From Hormiphora californensis (lineage: Eukaryota; Animalia; Ctenophora): 64,000 bases of DNA. This document shows, one piece after another, positions 1-10,639 of this stretch. The stretch is from the NCBI GenBank assembly GCA_020137815.1, contig CM035351.1, positions 5,704,001-5,768,000 of the forward strand, in the 5' to 3' direction. Under the pieces are notes generated by a model that made no database searches, was not told the DNA's origin, and saw nothing but the letters and a program-made list of their open reading frames with translations. A program made the translations under genes and the position numbers. Numbering within the stretch: position 1 is the stretch's first letter; each line of letters opens with the position of its first letter.

Positions 1-98
1 ATTGCCTTTTCAACAAATATTTTGTTCGGATTCTCAATTGAATTTGAGTACTGCTAAATCGTTGTTTTCTTTGATTTGAATAGTTTGTTCCCCAAGCC

Positions 99-3000
99 AT
101 GGGTTGGAGGATAGTGTACAAAACGATCTTGATCTTCCTATTGATACTGTGGTGTCTGGGTGGGAAATGCCCAATCACAGAGAGATACGGTTTCCTGGTG
201 CCAACTTGTGACAACACGCTACATTTTCACTGTGCAAATAGCCCTGGGGTGTCCTTTGACGTTCAGTCGTGGAGGACAACAGCACGGACATTCAAAAAAT
301 ACTCAACCATCATATGTCCCGATGATTTACAATCATATCAAGCATGTATTGTAGGCGCTCAGTCCATGAATGCGCTGTTCCCAAACGCTCCTGTTTGTGG
401 TGTCCTGTGTCCAACATCCCTTGATGGAACCACTACCCAACATGTCTATAAATATCAGCAGGCGTGCACGGAATCCAGAGATGATTTTATAGAGATGTCC
501 CTCCCGGGTTCCAGTAGGCATACAGTAGCGATCTTTGACAAGGAAGCTATGTGTAATGGAAAATGCGAAGCTAAGCTAGAACCCTCCCCGATTGATTTTG
601 ACGATGGATTTTGTCATGATGAGGTTAGCTGTAATGGTTTTAATTACGGGATAATACAAGGTGATCTAATTTATCCATTTACAACTTTACTGCCACCTGA
701 TAATCTTAGTGCACTTGACCTTGGAACAGATGCCTGTGAGACGGATAGGGACCATCCAGTTTCCGTTATATAATGGCTCCAGGTGCTTCCCGGGATACCA
801 TCAGCTAACATGGGCCTTCTGCAAGAATGGTTACGACCAGACTAACTGTAGCGACCCAACTTTGGTGGTAGGAAAATGCCAGGTAGGTGGTTTTATGTCC
901 ACCATCTCCAAGTACATCATCTGCCCCCAGTCCCGGTCCCACGATATCGGGGTTTGTGATAATGGCCTGGACCGTATCTGTGAGCAGGTCAGTCCCGTTT
1001 GTAGGATTCACAGACATGGACTATGCAATCAGGTCATAGATTGCGTTGGCGGGGCAGACGAGGATGTCGCCCACTGTGGCCCACTTACGGACCGTATGTG
1101 TGAGCGAGCATTCCACCCCGGTAAAACAATAGTTATTCCGGTACGATGGGTCCAAGATGGGGTGCCCGATTGTCAAAATGGAGAGGATGAAAAGGGGCAC
1201 TGGGACAGGTGTGGAGAGGGCTCAACTTCACGAGTACGTAGAATACCTCCTGCACAGAGGTGTTTCTACTGTACACCGAAAAGGGAACTATTCACAGAAC
1301 TTGCCGATCTGTGCCAAGCCACAGAGCGATTGTGGATACAATATGTGTCCTGTGTCGCGGAGAGGTCTGACTGTTTCGTCTCTCATCTCCTTCAACGAAG
1401 CCACAGGTATACGCACAATGCCACAGTGCATGAAAGGAATCGACTCGATTCGTAATCTCGCAAGCTCAACCTGCAATTCAGTGGTCTTCCGCCATGACTT
1501 CCACAATTTTTTCGGAAAGACCCCCGAAACAGAGCTCATTGTTCCCAGTGGAAAGATGGACTGTCGTTTCTTATTCGGTGAGGCGTACCTATATTACAGT
1601 TGTATAGGTCAGTGTCTAGGTGAGGTATGGTGTCCTATAGAGAGACGGGTTGAGGTTAGCAGTTGCACCAACTTTATATCAGGTCGTCTCCATGCCCTGG
1701 CCACAGACAACTCTCATGTCACCACAGTGATGAGGATGAGAGATGGTTACCATAACAACGTCTTTGTATGTAGCAACAACCGGTGCATCCCCTTTTCCAT
1801 GGTTTGCAATCTTGATAATGATTGTGGTGATGGATCAGACGAACAGGGCTGCGAGAACAATTGGATGTGTGAAGACGGGCAGTGCATATCTCTCCATAAA
1901 CCAGTTTTGTAACTGGAAAGCAGGACTGTCAAGATTACTCTGATGAGTGCAATGATACTTGCAAGGAGGAAGTTCCTGGACACGAGGATGCTGGTTGTGG
2001 CGATTATAATTGGTTCTGCTGGCTTGCTATTGAACATCGGCAACATGATGAACCAAAACAATCAGGAGCGGGAAAAAAATGGACACTTTATTAACCGAAC
2101 TTTTGCGTTTCTCATTTCCCTCGGAGACCTCATGACAAGCATGTATCTTTTGGGCCTGGTCACAGTGCATCTTGCAAAAGGTACAGATTTCTGCAAAATG
2201 CAACTTCAGTGGCTCACTTCACCAGCCTGCGGAGTTCTGGGGACTTTGAGCACAACCGGAACTATAATATCATCCTTCTCCATGACAATATTGAGTTCCT
2301 TCCGCTTGCACGGCACAGTGAAAGCTTCCCGGTTCCAGCGGTCAGGTGAACTAACGAAGAAGATTAAAAAGAGGGTGTACACACTTCAGACAATGGTAAT
2401 ACTTCTTGCTGCAACCATAGCAACCATCCCAGTAGTTCCCTGGCTGAATGACTGGTTCGTCAATGGACTAAATTTCGAGAATAACGTTCGAATTTTCCTT
2501 GGAGTCATGGATAAGAATGAGCTCCATGATGTGATACGAAGATACCATGGCAGCCGAAAAATAGGAAAATTTGATGCGAGCCACCTGTCTTGGGACCAAA
2601 TTTTGAAAATCACGAGAAAAATGTTTTCAGAGGACTACAATGCCATCACCGAGAAGCGGATTTCATTCTACGGAAATGATGCTGTTTGTTCGTTTAAATA
2701 CTTTGTTAAAACGGATGATCCTCAGCTAGTCTTTGTGTGGTCTGTCATTTCCCTGCACTGCGTGTGTTTCATTACAGTTGCCCTGTTCCATGTGCTGATC
2801 GGTATTATCGCAGGCAAGTCACAGATCCAGAGTCGAAACCAAAGAAAGGCAAACGATTTGAACATCAAAGTGACGCTCATTTGTATAACAGATTTCTGCT
2901 GCTGGATGCCTTTCCTAATCTGCTGTATCCTCCACACTGCCGAGGTGTTGGATATGTCACCTTGGTACCAGGTCTTCTCCATCATCATCCTGCCCCTCAA

Positions 3001-3151
3001 CTCTGTGCTAAACCCACTGCTCTACAGTGACATAGTCAACCGGCTTCTTGAATTTTGTAGGAGCGATAAAAGAGATGCTGCTCCAGCTCAAAATGCTAAT
3101 CGTAATGAGATAGAGATGCGAGATTTAGCAGCCGGACCACATAATAACTGA
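99..3151 (+). CDS. Intronless LDLa-repeat 7TM receptor (GRL101/RXFP-like TM domain, no LRRs), broken by about 4 frameshifts (consensus errors or young pseudogene)
   Basis: ORFs 99-773, 709-1455, 1157-1912 and 1943-3151 join into signal peptide, Cys-rich region, LDLa modules ([25 protein letters not shown]) and 7TM ([17 protein letters not shown]). Colinear with the intact paralogue at 42738-46265. Confidence 0.8.
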
Positions 3152-3246
3152 TCTGATTTATTACGCTGTGTATTCTTAGTTTCCATGTTTGCTGTACATT
3201 GATATACTTCTTTGAAAATCGTGCTAACAAGATTAACCCCACTCAC

Positions 3247-3685
3247 GCTAGAAGAAGGTCCTTCCCTTGTTGGAGAGTCGGATACTATCACAGGGTTTGT
3301 TCTTGACGTACCGTCTCGGGTATCTGTGGGGGTATCTAGCTATAACAGTCCAGACAAATGTAAATTATTATATTGTATCCCACAAACCTGATTCATATAA
3401 GACTTCGATTTCGTTGTCTTCATCACGCCCCGTAGCGGCATAGGGAGAAAAATGTCTCAAAGTTGGTGGCACAGAATCCGTCATCTGCGGTGAAAAAACA
3501 TGTTAGGAGAATGAAATTTGCAACATTGTCCTTATAACTTGTCATTCACGAAGTCAATATGACCATGGGTCATTGAGAAAGTAACTTACTGATTCAATAT
3601 CGATGTCATCAGCAGCATCCTCGGCGTCAGATACATCTGAAAGGTCAATAAACAGGGGCTCTCTCTTCACCACTGTGGTCTCCAT
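3247..3685 (-). CDS. First three coding exons of an unidentified acidic, SIM-rich protein; gene likely continues left beyond the window
   Basis: Exons 3685-3590, 3484-3388 and 3323-3247 have GT/AG borders and consistent phases (0,1,0). They give METTVVKREPLFIDLSDVSDAEDAADDIDIESMTDSVPP...EIEVLYESDTRDG...PVIVSDSPTREGPSSS with no stop. Confidence 0.6.
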
Positions 3686-4493
3686 GTCACCGTGTTGGCA
3701 TTACTCAGCAAACCTAATAATGTATAGTTTGATTCACACTTTCAACGATATTATGCAGGGGATAGGAACTATTAGTTCTGTTACTACTATTAGTATTACT
3801 ATTAGTGCTGAAACAGGAGGAAAACTGGAGCTGAGGTGAGGATAATAAGGCGAGGAATAAGAGCAAGCGAATGGACAAATGGACGCTTATCTATCATGTG
3901 GAAGAAGTCATTAAGTTGATAGGCCATCGTAGTAGAGTCGATAACTACATCGACCTCTCCCAATTGTTCCAGTTTTTGTCACATCAGTTTGGAGCCTCGA
4001 CACGACCTCTAAACAGGTGTTACTTTTTCACAAACTGTTTTCATCTTGGTGTAATCAGCAGTTGAAATGTTGTTGATCATAACAAAAACCTGACTAAATT
4101 TTTTCAACTTGGGGTAAAACCATGGGTGTCAAAAGTTAGCTCTAGGCCCCCTGAGTAACCATCCGGAGACTCCAAGAGATATTTCAAGCCGTTCTCCTGT
4201 AATCATTAATCCCGGTAGAGCACATATTTGAGTATGGACGTACGTGCAATTGCCTACAACCTCAACTTTAATGTATAACGTTAATGTGCGTCTCTCTCTT
4301 TTCTCCCCCTTCAGAAAGAGTTATCTCGCGCGGCGCAACCGCACGTGCGGTTTTTCCAGAGAGAGTGAGAGACATACAAGAATTACAAGAATTACAAATA
4401 AGTTTTGGTATTGTACACAATAAATAGTCAAAATAATACCACGCACTCAGCCTAAGCATCCACGTGAAGTGTTGTGATAAGTGGGAATGAAGG

Positions 4494-7415
4494 TTACTTG
4501 CCTTCCGTCAGCAGACTAAAGAGCGAGTTGTCCCCAGTTGTGTGGTATCCTGTGACCGGAGGTCTGTCGGGAAGGGTGTCGAGAAATCTGCCCAGATTGA
4601 CTTTTAGGTTGTCAACAGATGTAGATAGACGAACTGATGTCGGCATCCTGTTGAAGAGTTGGATAGCTCGTATCCCAAAGGATTCCTCTCGAAGAGTCTG
4701 GACTGATTTTTGAGCAGTGTGATGGATTTGTGGGAGATGGGCCTTTGGTCCATGACGAAGGTGATTGTAGAAGGATATGTTCGTGCTGTTTGGTACCATC
4801 TCGTGAAGTATCTTCCATACCTGAATTATCATGTACCGTTCTCTTCTTCTTTGTAGAGAAAGAATCCTCAGATACTTAATCCTTTCCCAATAGTCCATAC
4901 CTTCACATTCTTTCACCCGTCGAGTGAAGAATCTCTGTACGGTTTCCAGTTGAGCAATATCTTTGATTTTACACGGTGACCAAAGTGGGGAACAGTACTC
5001 CAGCTTTGGCCTAATCAAAGACTTTAGTAGTGTCAGCATCGTTCCTTCAGATCGGTCTCTGAATACTCCCAAAGTCCACCCGGCCAGGCGCTTAGCCTCC
5101 TTCGAAATGATGCTGATATGGGTTTCCCAGGAGGCGTCGTCCGTCATGTAAATCCCCAGATCCTTAACACAGTAGGCTGGCTCGATGGCTTCACCCGATG
5201 TGCTGTTGTATCGGTAGCACTGGACATTGAAGGGAAGTGCCCGCAGGAATATTGTATTGTTCAATCTGTAATTCATAACTTCGTACTTGTCTTCATGAAG
5301 TAACATGTTGTTGTTTCTCGACCAGATTGCGATGTCGTCCAGGTCCTTTTGAAGGGCTTCTTGGTCTTCCAGCTCTTTAATAGCTCTACGGTTCTTTGTA
5401 TCATCTGCAAACGTTAGTGGGTGTCCGCTTGTCCATTCCACTAGATCGGCTATATACAAGATGAAGAGAAGAGGCCCAAGCACGGACCCCTGAATCACAC
5501 TACTCAAGACCGGTTCTGATCTTGAGAACTTTCCTTCCAGAGCCACCTTTTGGGTTCTTCCAGTCAAAAAAGCCTCAATCCACTCTAGTAGTTTTCCTCT
5601 TACTCCATATTTCCTTAGTTTGCCTAGGAGAATCTTGATATCCACCTTGTCAAACGCCTTAGCGTAGTCTATGTACGCGACATCAACTTCAACTCCGGAG
5701 TTCATATCCTCTAGTATGCCATCGTAGTGGCTAAGAAGTTGACTTAGTGTACTCCTCCCAGCTCTGAACCCGTGCTGCCCTTCGTTCAGCACCCCAGTCC
5801 TCTCCACAAAGTCCGTAAGCTGCTGTCTTACAATCCTTTCGAAGGTCTTAGTCACATGGCTCGTGAGTGCCACCGGCCGGTAACTTTCTGGGAGAGTCTT
5901 GTTACCTTTCTTGTAGATAGGCGCTATTTGCTGCTTCTTCAGATCCTCTGGTATAAATCCGTTAGCAAATGATTGGTCCCACAGCTTCCACAAGGGGTAT
6001 GCCAGCTGACGACGGCATTCCCGTAGCACCAGCGCTGGGACATCACCGTGGGGTGCTGCTGAAGTTGGTTTAAGTTGACTTAGCGCTTCCTCGATTGTTG
6101 AAGGGGTGAAGGTGACATCTTCTAACTTCTCCGTCCTCTCTGCAATTTTCTCCAGCGCTTCCTCAACAACCACTGCGTCTGGATCACTGAATACTTTCAC
6201 ATACTGACTTTGAAGGATCTCCGATTTCTCCAAAGGGTCGTCAGTGAGGGTCCCGTTCACGGTCCGTAGAGGTCCAATGTTTGACTGGACCTTCCTCTTT
6301 TTCTTCGCGTAGGCATAGAAGGCTCTAGGGTTTTCCTTTATGAGGGCCACTGCCTTGTCCTCTTCCTTGTTCAGCTGTGTAGTCAGGTATTCTTTAATGT
6401 TAGTAACACATTCCGTAGCAAGGGCCTCTAGCTTTTCGATCCTGGAACCGCTGGCTCCTTTCCTCTTGAGCTTCTCAATACGTCGGTCAATTCTCCTTCT
6501 CTTTGATTTCATCTTAGTAAGAGCTCTGTCCTTGAACGTGGTCCTGGAGTTTGCTCTAGTCGGTGACGTAAGACATGTGCCCTGTAAAATCGTGAGGGTT
6601 AGTAGGTGAGTGAATGCCGTTAGACAGTCCATGTCCTCTACTGAGTCACATATTTCCCAGAGTAAATCCCATTCTATATCGTGGAGTATCTCTCTCAACT
6701 GTTCAAAATTTGCTTTGTGATAACAGACACCACTAAACGACCACCTGTCAAAATTTTGCTTAACAATCGGAATCGTACGTGTCATATCATATCCTAATAC
6801 ACCGAAGACAATTTTGTGATCAGATATACTTTCACATGTGTCGACCTCCGTTTTGATAAAATAGTCAGGTCTATTGGTTAGGATTACATCTAAAATGTTT
6901 TGTCCCCTGGTAGGGTCCGTTACAATCTGGCTCAGAAAGTTTTCTTCAGTAAACACCTCCGTTTCGGAAAGGTAGCGATCTGTTCTGGTTTCCTCTGGCA
7001 CAGTCGTTCCCTCCCAGTTGTGATGTGGCAGGTTTAGGTCTCCAAGGATAAAAATGTCTGGAATCGGTTTTCCGTTGGAGTGTTTGTCAATGAAGGTCTG
7101 GAGGTGTTCCAGAAGGTACTGGTACTCTCCCGTTCGGTAGATCGAGGCCAGTATCGTGTGACATCGGGGTATATAGACAGCAATCATGTTGTTGAAATCG
7201 TCACTAATTGAGGTTGTATCGGTGACAATGAGGGAACTGTGAATAAGAAGTGCACATCCGCCCCCAGTCCTAAACTCCCGATCAGATCTGAAAAGGTTGT
7301 ACCCTGGAACATGAACTTGGGCATCTTCGATCCGTCCGTCCCACCATGTTTCGGTGAGACTTACTGCAGCAACTGGAAGCTTAGAGGAGGTTATCAAGTC
7401 CGCCACGTACCGCAT
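4494..7415 (-). CDS. LINE ORF2: APE endonuclease + reverse transcriptase (reading frame open upstream to ~7688)
   Basis: APE motifs LTETW, GDLN, LDVILTN, SDH; RT motifs YRPVALTS, QHGFR, DYAKAFD, QGSVLGP, FADD. Confidence 0.95.
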   Translation of the reverse strand: MRYVADLITSSKLPVAAVSLTETWWDGRIEDAQVHVPGYNLFRSDREFRTGGGCALLIHSSLIVTDTTSISDDFNNMIAVYIPRCHTILASIYRTGEYQYLLEHLQTFIDKHSNGKPIPDIFILGDLNLPHHNWEGTTVPEETRTDRYLSETEVFTEENFLSQIVTDPTRGQNILDVILTNRPDYFIKTEVDTCESISDHKIVFGVLGYDMTRTIPIVKQNFDRWSFSGVCYHKANFEQLREILHDIEWDLLWEICDSVEDMDCLTAFTHLLTLTILQGTCLTSPTRANSRTTFKDRALTKMKSKRRRIDRRIEKLKRKGASGSRIEKLEALATECVTNIKEYLTTQLNKEEDKAVALIKENPRAFYAYAKKKRKVQSNIGPLRTVNGTLTDDPLEKSEILQSQYVKVFSDPDAVVVEEALEKIAERTEKLEDVTFTPSTIEEALSQLKPTSAAPHGDVPALVLRECRRQLAYPLWKLWDQSFANGFIPEDLKKQQIAPIYKKGNKTLPESYRPVALTSHVTKTFERIVRQQLTDFVERTGVLNEGQHGFRAGRSTLSQLLSHYDGILEDMNSGVEVDVAYIDYAKAFDKVDIKILLGKLRKYGVRGKLLEWIEAFLTGRTQKVALEGKFSRSEPVLSSVIQGSVLGPLLFILYIADLVEWTSGHPLTFADDTKNRRAIKELEDQEALQKDLDDIAIWSRNNNMLLHEDKYEVMNYRLNNTIFLRALPFNVQCYRYNSTSGEAIEPAYCVKDLGIYMTDDASWETHISIISKEAKRLAGWTLGVFRDRSEGTMLTLLKSLIRPKLEYCSPLWSPCKIKDIAQLETVQRFFTRRVKECEGMDYWERIKYLRILSLQRRRERYMIIQVWKILHEMVPNSTNISFYNHLRHGPKAHLPQIHHTAQKSVQTLREESFGIRAIQLFNRMPTSVRLSTSVDNLKVNLGRFLDTLPDRPPVTGYHTTGDNSLFSLLTEGK

Positions 7416-7522
7416 TTTCCATTTTGTTTGGCTCCCCGCAGATGGGTTGAGACTTCGCCCGTTCAGAAGGATAAGGTTTGAGCCTTTAACCTTACCTCCG
7501 TATACATCGTTGCGTTTTTTGT

Positions 7523-8776
7523 TTAACGTGCACTTTGAGTGAGGGTTATCCCAGGTGGTATACTCCAGGACACGTTCGACTGGTTTGGACTTGTTTTCTG
7601 TTTGTTGACCTCGTTTGCTACAAGGCCTGACAGTTTGTCCGACAGCCTCACCAAGAGGCGCTCGAAAAAATCCTCTTCCTTGCTCCTGTTATCGGTCTCC
7701 TCTCTGGAAGGGTTCCTGGGTCTGTTCCAGCCGGTCTGTGAGCTGTTGCTGGCGTTTCTGGTTCGGGACCTGGACCTGTCTCTGTTTCCGGAACTGTTGT
7801 TACGGGATCGGGGCTGATGGTTCGAGGAGGTTTTGCGGTTTCGGTCTCCGGCTACCTTCCATCCTTCATCATCATCGTCATATCTGTCAGTGTGTTTCAG
7901 GTGCTGGTGTGGGCAATCCACCTTGAAGCACTTCCTCTTGGTTTCTGAAGATCGGCACAGTGGGGGGTGGAAAAACCTACACTCGGTCCCACGATTACAC
8001 CCTGAATGCCTTGTTGTACCATAGTTACAGAACTTCCTGCATATTTCTGGGTGTTTCTTCGGGCAGGTAGTATTTTTCCATTTCTTGGTACCATATCTCC
8101 CGTGGCGACACTTCTTTCGGAGGTGGAATGGACAGACATCCTCCAGTTTAGTTGGCAAGTGGGGCTCTTCAGGCTTCTTTCCTTCTTCATCCTTTTCTTC
8201 ATCTTTGTGCTCTCCCTTGGTCACTACCTCATCAGCAGGTACTGTCTGGAAGCTAAACTTTCTTTGGCTCGAGGCGCTCGGTGGGGGATTTTCCTGGGTA
8301 CCAGAGAATGTCTCCAACTTGAATTTCCCTGTGCACTCGCCGCAGATCCATACCTGAACCTCAGACTTCTGTTCTGACATAATTTTGTCACAATCGTGAG
8401 AGCCACCTCCACAGCTGGCACAGCGGAACTTCGGTTTCGCTCCTCTTTTCAGGGTGTAGGAAGAGTTACAGGCCAGGCACGGCTGAGGAAAGAGTTCCTC
8501 TATTGCCATTATAATCCAGTCACAGAGGGATGCCTTACTACTATACGTCGGCTCACCTTCTTCATCTGTGGGTTTGGCACCGAAGAAAACTGCAGTTGCG
8601 TGCAGAGTGTTTTCCGAGTATCTGTTCATGGTAGTCATGTTCTTACTGTGGTTGGAAGTTGCCATGTAGGCTTTGAGGAGACGTTTCACCGGTTCCGGGG
8701 CATCGGGGTGTGTTCGTAACTCCGTCAGGATAGCATTGGTGGCTTCAGCGTTTTCCTCATCACTGGATAATGTCAT
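7523..8776 (-). CDS. LINE ORF1 with a PHD-like finger and tandem CCCH zinc fingers
   Basis: CLAC..CASC..HDC..CGEC cluster, then CPFHLRKKCRHG, CRKFCNYG..CRFFH, CRSS..CFKVDCPHQH and an R/S/N-rich tail. Likely start is MTLSSDEE. Confidence 0.85.
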   Translation of the reverse strand: MTLSSDEENAEATNAILTELRTHPDAPEPVKRLLKAYMATSNHSKNMTTMNRYSENTLHATAVFFGAKPTDEEGEPTYSSKASLCDWIIMAIEELFPQPCLACNSSYTLKRGAKPKFRCASCGGGSHDCDKIMSEQKSEVQVWICGECTGKFKLETFSGTQENPPPSASSQRKFSFQTVPADEVVTKGEHKDEEKDEEGKKPEEPHLPTKLEDVCPFHLRKKCRHGRYGTKKWKNTTCPKKHPEICRKFCNYGTTRHSGCNRGTECRFFHPPLCRSSETKRKCFKVDCPHQHLKHTDRYDDDDEGWKVAGDRNRKTSSNHQPRSRNNSSGNRDRSRSRTRNASNSSQTGWNRPRNPSREETDNRSKEEDFFERLLVRLSDKLSGLVANEVNKQKTSPNQSNVSWSIPPGITLTQSAR

Positions 8777-9208
8777 CGCTGAAAAATTGAGGTGGGGGCT
8801 GCCGCACCTCAAATTAATTTGTTTAAAGTAGTGTTGAAAAGTTTGAAACAATAACATGTAAACAGCCTGCCAGCGCTCACGTACGTCCGCATTGTATTTT
8901 TTTCTCCACCGGGAATAATGATTACGGGAGAACGGCTTGAAATATCTCTTAGAGTCTCCGGATGGTTACTCAGGGGACCTAGAGCTAACTTTTGACACCC
9001 ATGGTTTTACCCCAAGTTGAAAAAATTTAGTCAGGTTTTTGTTATGATCAGCAACATTTCAACTGCTGATTACACCAAGATGAAAACAGTTTGTGAAAAA
9101 GTAACACCTGTTTAGAGGTCGTGTCGAGGCTCCAAACAGATGTGACAAAAACTGGAACAATTGGGAGAGGTCGATGTAGTTATCGACTCTACTATCGAGA
9201 GATCTATG

Positions 9209-10290
9209 AATAATAATAAATAATAATAATAGTAACAGTTTATATCCCGCACTGACACAGTTTGTATACAGACAACTCGTTTTCCTTAATTTGAAAGGGA
9301 CTGCAGTAGACTGCCTGCTCCTAGCACGGTTCTCTGATAACGGTGAGTTAGTGGGGAACTATCCCACTTGGATAAGATTATTACGGATGAAGTAGCAGCC
9401 GTCAGGATCTTCTGATCGTATCCGCTTCAAAGTGGACCTTAGAGCTTTTTGCTCTTTCAGTTCAGACGGCGTAAGATCCGGAGAGAGATAAACAGCCGGA
9501 AACTGTTTAGAGTCTTTGAGGTTTCGTGCCTTTCTGAGGAGCGCGAGGAGAGTCGCTCTCTTCTCCAGGGATACTAATAGCGGTCTAGGGCGCTTCTCAT
9601 TTCTTTCGCCGATGCGTTTCATCGTAGACACTTTCGGTTTCTCATTTAATTCCTCAAAAAGTTCGTCTAAAGTAGTTTTAGCTACTCTATCGGTTGTTTC
9701 TGGGAGACCAAACACAACCATGTTCTTCTCTCTTCCGGGCTGTTGGACGGGAGTAGGATGATTCACTGGTAGTGGTTTTCCCACTTTGGGGGAGGTTGCA
9801 GCACAATTCTGTGCTAGCACAGTAGAGTAGGCTTTCACCTTCTGCACCGATGCTGTCACTGTACTGAGTTGTTGCTTCTGGTGGTTGATAACCGTTTGCT
9901 GAAGCTCGATTACGTTAACCCGATGGCGATCAAGTTCTTCTTTACATTCACGCAGCTGTTTCTCGAGGTTTTCCACACTGATAACCGTTTCAAAATTGTT
10001 CATTGTTGCTCGGGCAAGTTTCATACTGGAGAGAAAAATACGCGAAGTAGCCTCGATTATTTCACTCGTAGTTCGGTCCTTGAGACAATGTCTAAAGTAC
10101 GAACCCCAGTGCTTGCCAGGCGAAGATAAGCTGTCGTTGGTTAACATTGCATGAAGACATAGATTAACTTTGCATCCAGAAGGAAATAGTACAAAGGATC
10201 CAGAGGAGGTCTGAACGACTAGCTTGGTTGGGTGGGCGTCGGGCGAGCGTCGAAAACGGTGTACTGTACAAAATACCGGTTCGAGTTTCT
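9209..10290 (-). mobile_element. ORF1-only (HAL1-like) non-autonomous retroelement
   Basis: ORF 9359-10147 has a coiled coil plus the RRM/CTD-type ORF1 motifs REKNMVVFGLPE, RPRPLLV and VYLSPDLT. The stop is followed within ~130 bp by a (TTA)n tail; no ORF2. Confidence 0.7.
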
Positions 10291-10639
10291 TTTAGCGATT
10301 CCAAACCCGTGATTTTGAGCGTTTTTAAGGCCTTTTTGCAACACTTTGACCACCTGAGGCTCAGGTTCTGACTCTGAGCAGTGAGAGTGTTTGGATTGGC
10401 AAACGTTGCTGGCCCCCGATAGCGGGATAAGGCAGCGCTTTTCAAGTGTTTGGAGCATTAAAAAAATAGTGACACGATCCGAAAGGAATTCTCAAATATT
10501 TTCTGATGGGGCCAGCTCAGGAAATCATCGCGCGCATGATCAAAGTCAATGTAACGCGCGAATAAATAAATACAACATTGCCAAAAATCACTTTCTTTAG
10601 CCGCGCGCTGAAAAATTTGTCGTCGCGACGATTGATTTT

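Larger units (their letters stand above)
4375..8860 (-). mobile_element. Apparently full-length CR1/L2-group non-LTR retrotransposon
   Basis: Two intact ORFs plus a 3' tail of (TTGTAATTC)n at ~4375-4400. The 5' end is approximate. Confidence 0.9.
3930..9194. mobile_element. Non-autonomous TIR element (Academ-like: TAG...CTA termini, 3-bp TSD TCG) split by a LINE insertion
   Basis: About 300 bp near-identical inverted arms at 3930-~4246 and ~8878-9194, starting TAGTAGAGTCGATAAC; TCG flanks both ends. Confidence 0.8.
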
